NCBI GenBank assembly: GCA_051362555.1 | Contig: CM120645.1 | Span: forward strand, 8,556,001-8,620,000 | Reading direction: 5' to 3' | Length of the DNA: 64,000 bases | Origin: Lingula anatina | Taxonomy: Eukaryota > Animalia > Brachiopoda | Part shown: one piece after another, positions 11,987 through 24,700 of the stretch | How positions within the stretch are numbered: the first letter of the stretch is position 1 | Layout: each line of letters starts with the position of its first letter | Program-made: the position numbers and the translations under genes | The notes under the pieces: model-generated | Seen by the model: only the letters and a program-made list of their open reading frames with translations | Database searches by the model: none | Told to the model about the DNA's origin: nothing

Positions 11987-13289
11987 TAATTGTCACCTCA
12001 GCCAGGCATAGGGAGCTGTGCATATTTCCTATTATGATGGCTTGGAAAAAGTTTAATTCAAAGCAATAGCAAAGTGGTTAAAATGGCAGCTGTTGCTTTC
12101 ACATAGGAAACATGCAATGAAGCGTGTTTTGTTTTAATCCAGATGTAAATGTAAGCCCACACACAGTGTCCATTGATGTTCGAAGAAAATTTGATGGTTA
12201 GTAAAGATTTAATTTAAGGTAGTTGTTGGGCATTAGACAGCTGAAATTTATAGAAAAATGAGCTCTCTTTGAAATTTCAGTTATTTTCCCTCCATCACCA
12301 AGGTTAACCTTAACTTTAAGTGGCCCACACCCTTTTTATGTACAGACACAGATGTGTTTGTACATATAGCTGTCACCTGCATCTGAAAAAATGTTTTACC
12401 TTTTGGCTTGAAAATTACAGAACTGATGAATATTCTTAATACGCAAGGCAAGTTTGAAAATCAGCATAATTGAACCATTTTCATAATAGTTATGCTGTTT
12501 TTTTTTTCACTTTTTTCAGCTTATATGCAACACTGATAACACAATAAGTGGAAAATCGATTGGCCAATAATTATTATTTCAACATTTTGCCTCTGCATGT
12601 ATAAAAAAAAAAAAAAAATCCCACAAGAGAGTTTAAGTGGATGTATCCAAATATGGCTAAAAATCATCATTTTGGGTTTTTGATGTCTAATTATTGGTTA
12701 GATATCTATCTAACGTTTAATGGAATAACATTTTTCACATTTTGGACAAAAATATGTTTTTTCTGAAGATTTTGATGCTGCACTCATCGGCACTGGTGGC
12801 CTAGTCTGTGGCCCACCTTCGTTGCCAAGGACCGTTGGCATGGGTAAACTCGGTGGGCGGACAATAGCAGCATCAGCGTGACTGGTGAAACAATAAAACG
12901 GGAATTTGTCACAATCCCTTTGTCATAAACAGCGATCGGCAAAGCACTGCTTATTGATCCGCTTAAGCTGTTTTGATAGTCACTCTTGATTGTGATCAGG
13001 GCAAAGGAGAATCTTTTCCGACACATTAGATTTGCTCGAAATACGCATTTTCATTTGAATTGCTTCTTGTAATATATGTTCTTTTGATATTCTTAATATT
13101 TTGAGAAACAAAAAAAGAAAAAGAAGAAACATTCCGCTCCTTGCTACCTGTGACAGCAACTGTCATACTATCGATCAATCTTCGACAACAGTTCTATGCA
13201 GTCGTCAGATTTTATAGATCTATGCAACTTGGGCCATCTGGCTTAGCATCAAGACGCATGCTTATCAAAATTTTAACTTGACAACTAAT

Positions 13290-15045
13290 GATTACTTGGC
13301 TCTACAGTTAGTCTCTGAATTCACTTCAGAAATCTTTCTTTGAGATTTTTGGACATTATTCTTGGCTGGTTGATTTTACTTGATAATTTATTTCATGTTG
13401 TTGTTACAGTGTGCACATTTTTGTGATTAAGAAAAAAAACTAAAAAACAAAATAGAAATTATTTTGAAGATTTAGACTCTCTTATTGACAAAATATCTTT
13501 GCTTGCATAATGTCATTGCAATTACTATGAGTTATATCTTCTTATAAGGAGATGTTGTAACTTAAGCTTGTATAAATATTGCTGACAACATTAATTTCGT
13601 CCTATAATTTAGTTTTAAGAGGAATATGTCAGTCTGTCCAGTAGGTGTATCTATTTTACCTGATTGAAAAGCTTGTATGAGTTATTACAGTATTATTTTT
13701 AATTGGGCTCCAAATGCACCCTTTTCTCTGAAATCTTTACTAAACATTATTCTTGGTTGCCTGAGTTTGATTTTACTTGATCATTTATTTTAATTTCCAT
13801 CCTACCTGCATGCACTGTGTGTATTTGACACCCTCTCTTAACATTCAAGTGAACAACATGGAATAAAGAAATCAATCTGTGTTGATGCCAGCATGGATAT
13901 TTTTGTGACTTTAGAAGAAAAAGAAAAAGAAAAAAAGACAGCTGAAGATTGACTCAGAATCTCTCTTCAACAAAATCTCTCTCCTTGGCAATGATTCATT
14001 GCATTTCTTCTTTGAAACATACATTTAACTAACAGTAATGTGCCATGAATTTTGTACAGCAGAAATTAATTAAGATAAGGAAAAGATCCCTATAAATGAT
14101 CCCTGAGATGACAAAAAAAAATGACAATACTATTCTGAGAGCCTTCTTTTCCTTAAAGTACAACTACAAAACACTGGTATGGTTAATTTCCATCCTACCT
14201 GCATACACTGTGTGCATTTAACATCTTCTCTTAGCATTTACTTGAACAGCATAGAATAAAGAAATCAATCTGTGTTGATGCCAGCATGCATATTTTTTGT
14301 GACTTTAGAAGAAAAACAAAAACAAAAAATTAAAGAAAAAAAAACATGACAAAAGTATTTTGAGAGGTTTCTTTTCCTTAAAGTACAGCTACAAAACAAA
14401 CTGGGATGTCTGTCCCAGATATAAGCACTGTTTTAGTATCATTTTCATCTAAGGAATAAAAAGTTTAAAATACACAGCAGTTATTGGAAACACAAACCTA
14501 TTTTTTATAATAAGACAAATCCATCCCCTTTCACATAAAAGTACCCCCATTGTAACCCAGTAGCGTGGACAAGCAGATGTAAATTACAGATTGATTAATT
14601 TCCCCCCCATTGCAACGAATGAGTATTTACAGTGTTAGTTTCAATTGGGCTTCAAATATACCCTTTTCTACGAAATCTTTACTGGACATTATTTTTGGCA
14701 GCCTGAGTTTGATTTAACTTAATAATTTATTTTAACTTCCATCCTACCTACATCCACTATGTGTATTTGACATCTTCTCTAAATATTCACTTGAACAACA
14801 TAGAATAAAGAAGTCAGTCTGGGTTGATGCCAGCATGCATATTTTATGTGACTTAAGAAGAAAAACAAAAAAGACTTTCGAAGTTGACTCAGAATTTCTC
14901 TTAAACAAAATATCATTGTTTGGCAATGATTCTGTATATCTTCTTTGAAACATACATTGTAACTTAAGCTTGTATAATATTGCTGACAACATTAATGTCA
15001 TTTTTGAAAGTTTTGAGAGGAATGTATATCAGTCTGTTCAGTAAG
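13290..15045. repeat. Complex local duplications (several hundred bp units)
   Basis: catcctacct..ctgtgt..aataaagaaatcaatctgtgttgatgccagcatg at ~13798, ~14190 and ~14740. cttaagcttgtata..attgctgacaacattaat at 13561 and ~14963. Confidence 0.7.
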
Positions 15046-15829
15046 CGGCAGTGTTAGTTACACCACTGTCTATGCCTGATGTACCTTGGATTTGATGTGG
15101 AACCATTGACCACTGCATTAATATTACTGCTAATGCACATTTTTCTGGGCACTTGCATCTTATTTGAACATATGTCCTCAGTCTTACATAAGCAAATGCC
15201 CTTAATTAGCCATTTGTCAATAAATTCAACTATTATTTATATGTGACCCATACATTTGTTTGACTTCTTTCCTCCCTGCTAGGTTGAATAATGTATTCCT
15301 TTGAATTTGATTAACCCAACCAGCACAATATGCTTCAGTTCCTCTGGTGTATATTTTTCTCTCAAATATACTGTGTAACCCTTGTGTTCAGTTAATATTA
15401 GTATTTTAGATAATAAAATTTCCTGCACATTTTTTTGGATAAAGTTTAGAAATATATTATACTATTGTTTGAATTTCATCATTAAGTATTCTTTCTCTGA
15501 CATTTTTGTTCAAAATTCTGTAAGCATATTTAATTGTTTTGAAAATTAGTTAAATGTTTAAAATATATTTTAAAGGCCACAAAAGCAGTAAATGTTTCCT
15601 CCTGGCATTGCTCTTTGATAAAAACTAAGGGGGGTTAATTTCATCACATATTACTATGATCAAAAATGACTTGATGTATCAACCCATTTAGTCTATTTAG
15701 GAACAATTTACTTTTTTATTATCATCATTAGACAGGTGATATTAAAGAAGCCAAATTAAATCCTTTTCCTTCTTCAGTGTGGTGATGGCTACTATACCAC
15801 CCAGCACAGCACCATGGTCTGCACTATTA

Positions 15830-16044
15830 GACTGCATTCCCACAGATTTTAGATCAATCTATCCCTGTGCAGAGTCTCACTAGATTACCGTCAGCTTAGC
15901 CGGCTTTAATGTCTGTCCTGCCTACTAAAAGCTGTAAGGGGGTAATTAACTTCCGTGCGCGCTTGGCTGACAGCAATTTAACCTGAACCCCCAGGGAGTT
16001 CGGTCGATCTAGATGGATCAATCTAATTCTGTGGGAATGTAGTC
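15830..16044. mobile_element. PIF/Harbinger-like MITE
   Basis: TIR gactgcattcccacaga...tctgtgggaatgtagtc with TTA duplication. It sits directly after a partial duplicate (15778-15826) of the exon at 16097. Confidence 0.75.
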
Positions 16045-16096
16045 TTAGTCTTTAAGATAAAATTTCCTTCATATGTGTTTCTTTTTCTTTCCTCAG

Positions 16097-18691
16097 TGTG
16101 CTGACGGCTACTATACCACCCAGCACAGCACAGTGGTCTGCACTATATGTCCAGGAAGCTATAGTTGCCCGGACCCAGCACAGCCCCCACAGTTGTGTAA
16201 GGCTGGAGAGGTAGGACTATATTTACTAACAATATTACAAAGAACGCATTAAGAACAATGGACTAACAGATCTGTGGATCAAATATGGCGACCCACTTAA
16301 AAAGGCTGCCATTCAATCCCCGATTTAGAAACTGAAATGAGACTTGGACATAATAACGAAGGGACTGGTAATGCGGAGCAAGATCAAAAGATAATTGGCT
16401 TAGCACGAGCTCTTTGTGAAACCATGTGCATTCGGATCACGTGACCTCCTGTACAGGTAGCGAGCAAATTGGGGTTGTCCATGACTTTTTGTGTCATTTG
16501 GACAGGCAGTTGGCGATAACGTGAGGCAATCCTTTGGGTGGGTGAGAAAATTAACTTATAGAGATCAAGTATAAGTACAATTTGTTCTATCAATTTGGAA
16601 ACTAAATGAGAAATTTATATGTTTGTTCATGGAGGAATTGAAAATGCCCTAGGTGGTAAAGGCAATCTTGTTTGTTGCCATAAAATGAACATTCAGAATT
16701 GTATAATTGTAGTGTAGCATACTTGTTTTTAGCTATGATCCGACAGGAAAATATTTCTAGTGTCAAAATTTTCTCTCTATGTGAGAAATTAGCCTGAGAT
16801 GCAGCAATAATGGATTTTTAGGGTGATAATTAATATTTTTTACTCTCAATATCGGCTCTCGTTACAATATGGCACCACATGCACATTTGTGACACACAAA
16901 AATGCACCCGTGATGCCTTTCAATATCCCTTTATCAAAGTTGACAACACTTATGAACTGTATATATATATATGTTCATGTTACTGGCTAATGTCTGCTCA
17001 AATTTGGGGATGATAATTAATATTTTTTACTCTCAATATTGGTTCTCATTGCATTATATGGTACCACTCATGCATTTGTGACCCACAAAAACACACCCGA
17101 GGGCCTTTTAATATCCTTTTATCAAATTTGAAATCAAGACTGCTTTGAACTGTACATATATGTTTATGTTACCGGCTATTGTCTGCTTGAATTTGGGGAT
17201 GTTAATTGATAATTTCTTCACTCTTGGAAAATGGCACCACATATGAATCGGCCAATACATTGTTTTAAAACCAGTTATATAACAACTCAACATAGATCAT
17301 TACAATATTGAGCATGATAACAAGTGAAGAAGACAAACACCAGAACCCGTTTTTTTTTATGAGGTAACAGGAAAAATATACCGAAAAGCCCAAAATAATT
17401 TACACATGCTGATGCAAGCCTATGTGCTTGCAAATGCAAGATGGCGGCAATGCTATTCATAGCAACCACGAGAGACCACGAGAAATTGCGTTATCAATGC
17501 AAAAGAACAATAGAAGGTCATTGAGGCACAGTGCGTGCGACCTTGATTATAATCTGTTCAGGCTCCTGTGGAGCTATCAGAACAGCTTATAGGAGACAAT
17601 GGGCAAATGTTCACCCAAACATAGATGTCTTCAAAGGAAGATGCCGCATTTCCAGTCCCTTCGTAATTTTGTCCACGAATGAGATTCCCCTCAGGGATTA
17701 AAGGACAATGTTCATGTAAAAATCCATTTCTCGAATTTTGAAGATACAGCACTCAATCTATACACTAGAGGTATGTTTTAATCGATCCCCGCCATTTAAA
17801 AATTATAAAAACAATCTATTAGTAGAAAAACAAGCGTTTTAGTAAACCTCACCTCAATATGCAAAAATGAAGCAACAGATCTGGGTCACGTGGTACTGTG
17901 ACGACAATCACGATAAAGGTCTATGAGGCTCAACTGAGCTGCATGGTGCATACAGACGGAGAAGTTAAGGAAAGTTGTGTTGAACGGAGTTGAGGAAATT
18001 TCGTTATGCCTCGGTGTGTTGCCGTGGGATTCACCAAAATTGCAGCTCTCGTTGACAATCTTTCTTTGTCTGTGACGGTCTTCCGTGACTTACTTACTAA
18101 CTTCGGTGACAATAGTTGCGATGCTCTAGATCATGGTCACCTCAGGTGGTTTAGATCATATCAAGAGCTGGTAGTCTTTCAGATTAACTGTCATCAGTTG
18201 GCAAACTTACTGATTGCTGATGCATTTTAAATGCATTGTAGTTGACCAAAAGCTCGTTTACAACAAACCTGTTAATTATGCACCGCTGCAATTCCCAAGC
18301 CAGGTAATAACAGGTATGAAACTCGTCTTGGTGGGCTTTCATATTTTTCAATATATCTCATTTATTTCATGGGGTTATTTTATTGGTATTTGTAAATGAC
18401 GTTAAATATCAATACTTAAACAATTAAGTTCAAACACGGTCGCGAACATTAATTAAAGAAATTGCTCTCAGGGTATCTTGAAGCTTCCGTGGAAGAAAAC
18501 GTGTTGAGGAAAAACAGGAAAAAGAGCGTTATATTAAAGAAAAAATGGGAACTGCTATAATAAAATGGTTCGTTATCCTAATTCGTTTATGCTTTGAGGA
18601 TTTGTTTCTGAAGATTATTTCATCTGAAATATTCAATAATTTAAAAGATTGATTATTTTATAACTTGAAACGCAAATTCTGCGTCAGTACG

Positions 18692-18722
<31 letters not shown>

Positions 18723-21700
18723 GCAAATTTGTAAGCTTATAACACCGTGCTATAAAGATCTACTCAAGAAAAAAATTTGCTTAGGTAAAATTGAGTACGG
18801 AATGAACTGGAGACACTTGGCTTGTCATTAAGTTTACACGAAAATATGTCAGGTAACTATATACTGTCTTTGAAAGAGTAAAGATTGAAAGATAATTTTA
18901 GACAAACTTTGACGGGGGAAATACCTACAAAGAGTAATGGGCTATTTCGCCAACATCTTGTTGAAAATTTTACACTGCAATTCTATTCAAATAAGCTAAG
19001 GAACTAATTGCCAAGTTAATACTCTCATCACATAACAGGGGGGTAACCAGACCTGCAAAAATTGTACGCACATATTTAAAAAGATTACAAGCACATACAG
19101 CAAAATGTAGACTTACGCAAAACATGAAGGACAGCGTAATCATAGCAAATGTACCTCAGTCATATAGTAGCTTAATTTCCATTAATAATAAAATCATCAT
19201 TTAAGTCAAAAATATTCTTGCGATTTAATAACTATTTTAATTTACCCAGAACGGTATATTTATTTCAAAGGCGGTTAACTGAAATATAGTTTTATGATTT
19301 GTTTGTGAAAATTGCCCATGTCACCTTGTTAGTTTGGAGGTCTAAGCTGGATCAAGTCCATGTTAAAATTCCTATGAAGTTGTGCAGGAAAAATTCTTCC
19401 TTTCTTTCTCTAGCTCCTCGATAAACCTGGTGTTCAGATTTTATCTAGTACCCCCAGGTCTACGGGAGCTGCGCTTTGTAACTAACACACAGGTAGATTT
19501 TTACCTGAGATAACTGGAGTAAAGCTTAGATAGAGAGTGCGTTCGATACAAGCAAGACAAATTGAATGCCATTTAACCCTCTAATTCAGAGGTAAAGGAA
19601 GTTCCAGTTAGATGGATGATTAAGATGATTGTAAAGGTAACGGGCATTGTTTACCTCAGTTTAATAAAAGTATGCAAGACGGAGTGTCAGCGGTTTAATA
19701 AAATAAATTGAATTTCACAAATAACATGGACCTCATATGCAATAATCAACATTTCCCTTAACTCATTCAAATGCAGTGTTTAATACAACTTGGGATAACC
19801 ATAATGAAATGCTTGTTAAAGAAATGACTAGACGGGAAATGGTTTTACACAGCTTCACGAGGATTTAGACCCCTCGGGTAAGAGATTTGAATAAGTATAA
19901 ACTTTTATCAGAAGCCAGAGAAGTCATCTTACAGGTAGACAATGCAGCTCAGTTTGACAGCTAAGCACGCTCTGTTCTCCAGTGGCTCAATTGTCGTCAT
20001 TGGACCACGTGACCACGTAGCTCATTAACTCCCAGGCCAGCAAATAGGACGTTTTTTAAAGCCAAAAATTTACAAAATGAGCTTTTAATTTGTGTATTTG
20101 GATAAAGATATAGTTAGTTGGGCATGTTTTCTGAAGAATATGTTCCGTTCAGGCCATTCTGACGGCATGAAGCAAACCCTTTAAGCAACAAGCATTCAAA
20201 GGGGTCGACCATATTTGATCAGCAGATCTGTTAGTCTGCTGTCCTGAATGTGCTCAATGTCTCATTTATACTGAATTGCAAGTACATATCATTCACAAAA
20301 GTTATTTACAGTGGTCGATCCAATTCCGCAGGGACTCTCACTGAGTGCAACCAGCTTCAATGATTGACAAACTTCTTGTTACCAGTGTACTTATAAAATC
20401 AACATTTTTTCTTTAATTTAATCCATTCAAGGGCGGGGATGTGTCTTTTAGTTCAGCTGGTTGCAGAGTCCCAGGGCGCAGAGTTAGATTGACCTACTTA
20501 GACTGATATTGTCTACAGGAAATCAAAATATGTGTCCCTGTAAAAATTTTGAGTTAAGCTTTATAATAATTAATGTTTACTTACCAAGTTTAAATTATTA
20601 ATGCGATTGTTATGCACTTTTAGATTTTCCTTTCATATTATTATTATTATTATTTCGACTGCCAAGGAGGTTTGTTTTTATCTTAATTATATATAGTTTG
20701 TTAATTGTTTTGTCGGTCACTGATGCTGTAGATGGCTTTTGATGAGATTTTCAGGGTAAAAAATCCTGAGCTAACAATAAAAGTAATAAGATATTGATAG
20801 GGATCTATAAGTCAACTATAAATGAGAACTGAGTTTTCTAATTGGCTGGGTTTGTGCTCTCTGATTGCTTTTCTAGTTCTTTTTTATCATTATGATTATT
20901 GTTATATCAAAGGTAGTGCTGACAGCAAACCATTTGTACCACTTTTTGCTCAAAAAACATTTGCTAAATTTACAAATAATTTTGTTAAAGGGAAGTATGA
21001 AATATCTATTAAATTGGCTTGTGCCAAAAAAATACAGTGCTTACTATATACCATGGCTTGTATAATGTAACAACCAGATAATTTACTTCAAGTGCAGACA
21101 TGGGGAAACTGCCTGACAGGTCTGACTGCTTGAAATCCCAGTGGACCTACAATTTGTTTTTATCTCAGGTCTTCTGGACTGGTAATTTTTAAGTGAAAAA
21201 GTAATACATGTACGAATAATAAACTGCATGTAAGCACTGACTAACTGAAATAAAATACTTTGTCCATACCAGCACATAATTTGAAGGACCTGCGGGTTTC
21301 TTGTACAGTGTAGTGCAGATCCTCCGGACCCTCAGTGTCTCCAAAGTTTTCCCCATGTCTGCGACTATAATAAAAAAAACATCTCACATAGAAACTAGAA
21401 GCACTCAGGGAGTCCTGACTTCTTCCAAGACATTGAATATATTCAATTAATAATTAACCATTAATGAATTAATTAATGGACCCCCTTTGAAAATTGAAGT
21501 GTGCCACAAATTTGAATTTTGCAGTGAATGTGAAAAATCAAAACTAAAATCACTATAAGTTTGCGGCAGGTTTGCAAGAAGGTATTCATATTCTTACAAA
21601 TTTGTTGCAAATTTGAGAGAGAATTTGAAGCAGGCCTGATATTTTGCTAAGGGTCATCACCAAAAGCTGATCACTTTTAAGTTAAAATCCATCAATAACT

Positions 21701-24700
21701 TTTCGAGTTAATTAGGCAGGTGACAAGCAAACAATAAATGAAAAATACGTACCGGATTGTCAGCACTGTGTGATCATACAGGACTAGAAAAATGATGAGA
21801 ATCCACGTGATTAAAGGGATAATAACTCTTTGTTTCGGCCAAAAAATGAATTTTCCTGGAGTAAACAACAATTTCCCCATACTTACCAATGGTTAATGAA
21901 TCCATTTTTACATTCAAAGTTATTCCCTGTTTTTTTTTCTAAAAAGTTTGGTTTTTTGTTAAAATCTCTTAAGAGATTTTAACAGAGTATAGGCATCAAT
22001 GGAGGTCACGTGGTCTAAATACAAGCTTAGATATCAGAAAAAAAAAGCTATAACTGCCGTTTTTGTGGTAAAACAAAATATATTATATTTCTGTGAGTTA
22101 TTCGCAATGTTTTTATTGTGAAATATAGATATCATACAAAGAGTTATTATCCCTTAAAGGTGGGCCCATCAAGGTTAATGAAATGTATGCATACACCTGC
22201 ATTGTCACTAATGAAAACCAAGCAAATGAAGTGATACACAAAAGATGTTGGCATGTACCAGCACTGTCGTACAAAAACATCTTAGGCTTCGTTCACATGC
22301 AATGTCTATTTTCTAAATTCTATTTTCTATTTGCGGCATGTCTTATGATCACGGTCTGTGGCCTGAATATCCCGCGGCGTAATTACTGGCAGCGCGAGCC
22401 AGTTACTATAAGTTACTATAAGTAACTGGCTCGCGCTGCCAGTAATTACGCGGCGGGATATTCAGGGCACAGACCGTGATCATAAGACATGCCGCAAATA
22501 GAAAATAGAATTTAGAAAATAGACATTGCATGTGAACGAAGCCTATAAGTAACTGGCTCGCGCTGCCAGTAATTACGCCGCGGGATATTCAGGGCACAGA
22601 CCGTGATCATAAGATAGCGCGAATAGAAAATAGAATTTAGAAAATAGACATTGCATGTGAACGAAGCCCTAGTTCTGGAGAAATTTAGAGAGAGTAAAAA
22701 ACCAAAAATAGATTCTTTTGGCTTTTATTTTATTTTTTTTATTTGTTTTTATTTATTTTATTTTATTTTATTTTTTTTTTTTTTTTGTCACCACTTTCAA
22801 AAGTCTTCCATTGTTTGTGACCCCACTCTCCTCCAAATCCATGCCTGATTTTACACTAAACCCTGGAGTTCTGGATATGTTCGGTGATTTCCATTGGCTT
22901 GCTCCAGGTTATACTATGCTTTCCATCTCCTTAATTTTTTATAAATTTAATTTGATTGAAAGTAGTGTAAATGATTGTTATGATCCTTTCAGTCAAATTA
23001 ATTTTTATTTTTATTATTTTTGACATTAATCAAATTGAATTTATTTTTAATTACATTTTAATAATTTTGAATTTCATTTTACATTTTATTATAAACAATT
23101 TGGCCAAATTAGAAATCATTCTCATTTAAGACCAGGTTGTTGACTCTTACATACGTAGTTACACATATTTTTGTGGAATATTATCTTGACACATTTATTT
23201 ATTTTTTGTTTTCCTCCAGTACTCAGATCCTGGCTCCTCTGGTTGCTTTGTCTGTCCTCCTGGAACGGCCTATACTGGGGATGGCATATTACACTCATGC
23301 ACTCGCTGTGGGGTAAGATAAGAAATGCTTATGAGCGTATTCAGAACACGATGATCTGCCGACTAACAGATCAGCTGCCTAAATATGGCCAACCCAACCC
23401 AACAATGCTGCTGATTCCTGATGGTCTCCCTACCTCCACACGCACCATTAAAGGGATTAAACTTAAGTTCCGAGGTTTAATTGCTAGGCCCCTGCAGCAG
23501 TAGCATTTGTGGAGGCTGGGAGACCATCATTGAATTAGTGGCATTGCTTTTGAAGTGGGGTTGACCATATTTAGTCTGCGGATCAGTTAGTACTCGGATC
23601 ATCTTTTCTGAGTGCACCCTTTACTGGATGTTTTATCCATAGATAGTATGTGATTGACTGAGCAAACAATATGTTGGTGGCATGACATCATTATAACAAC
23701 AATGCTGTTGCATTGAATTGCGGGTTTTAATTATCAAATCTGCTTGGAGAAGGAACATAATCAAATGGGGTAGATCATTCATTTTGTTTTTAGCTACTCT
23801 TTGATATCAACAGCCCTATGCAAAACGGAAAAGGGTGGGGGACATGGGCTACATGCTTTAGAATGTGCAGTGAAGTCAGCTTTAAAATGCGTGCAGAAGT
23901 GTGTGACCAAAAAATTTGTTCCTGCAACCTTACTGCATACTGTCATAAGTACAGAGCAGTGCGCAGCAAGTGTGCAAGCCACTTGGTATTTCAACAGAAG
24001 TAAATGTGCAGGAACCCCAAATGTGAATGTCCAACACATGAGCAGGAGCAGTTGTTGCTGGGAAACCTGAAATTTTGCTAAAGGAGTGTATAACCTAGGA
24101 TACTGTAAGGGATTGTAGCATGATCGAGGAATAAACATATCTTGTACTTGCTAAAACTGACATTAATAATGTGCACGTGAACTTTCAACGTGTCACTGTT
24201 TACGGAGTACACAGTTATCCAACGTGTCACTGGTTGATGTATACAGTTTTCCAACGTGTTATCACTCTGTGATTGACTTATTATCATGTCAGGTGGCTCC
24301 ATCTGCTTGGAGGTTTGTAAACAAGGTATCTTCCCTTACTGTTATAACACAGCTGAAGTCTTGTGAATGCAAATGTGCAGGTTTGATCATTCAGTGTAAT
24401 ATAGGCCCCTTGTTTTCAAATCATGTGGTACTCTCTTTTGTTTCACACCATTTTGACTGTTCAGTTAGCAAATAATTTCACATTTGTTAGTTTCACTCAA
24501 AATTAATCCAGTTTACTGGGGGGGGGGGGGCTCTGTTTAATTGTGCAACTCTCTCATTTACATGTAGTAGCCAGCACTAGTGCACCTCAAATGGTCTTTA
24601 TCTGACATTTACTAGGTTCACAAATGATCTTACATGGTCTTGTTCATTAAAGGAGTGGTCTTACCCTGGACTGACTCTGCTTTTAAGATCAAAAATGGTC

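Noticed and set aside
12784-13030. CpG-richer stretch with an 80-aa ORF, considered as first exon or ncRNA
   Set aside because: No signal peptide, splice-phase fit or recognisable RNA structure; probably a repeat remnant.
15778-15826. Possible additional or mutually exclusive exon ([16 protein letters not shown])
   Set aside because: Partial duplicate of exon 16097 cut off by a MITE, with no donor site.
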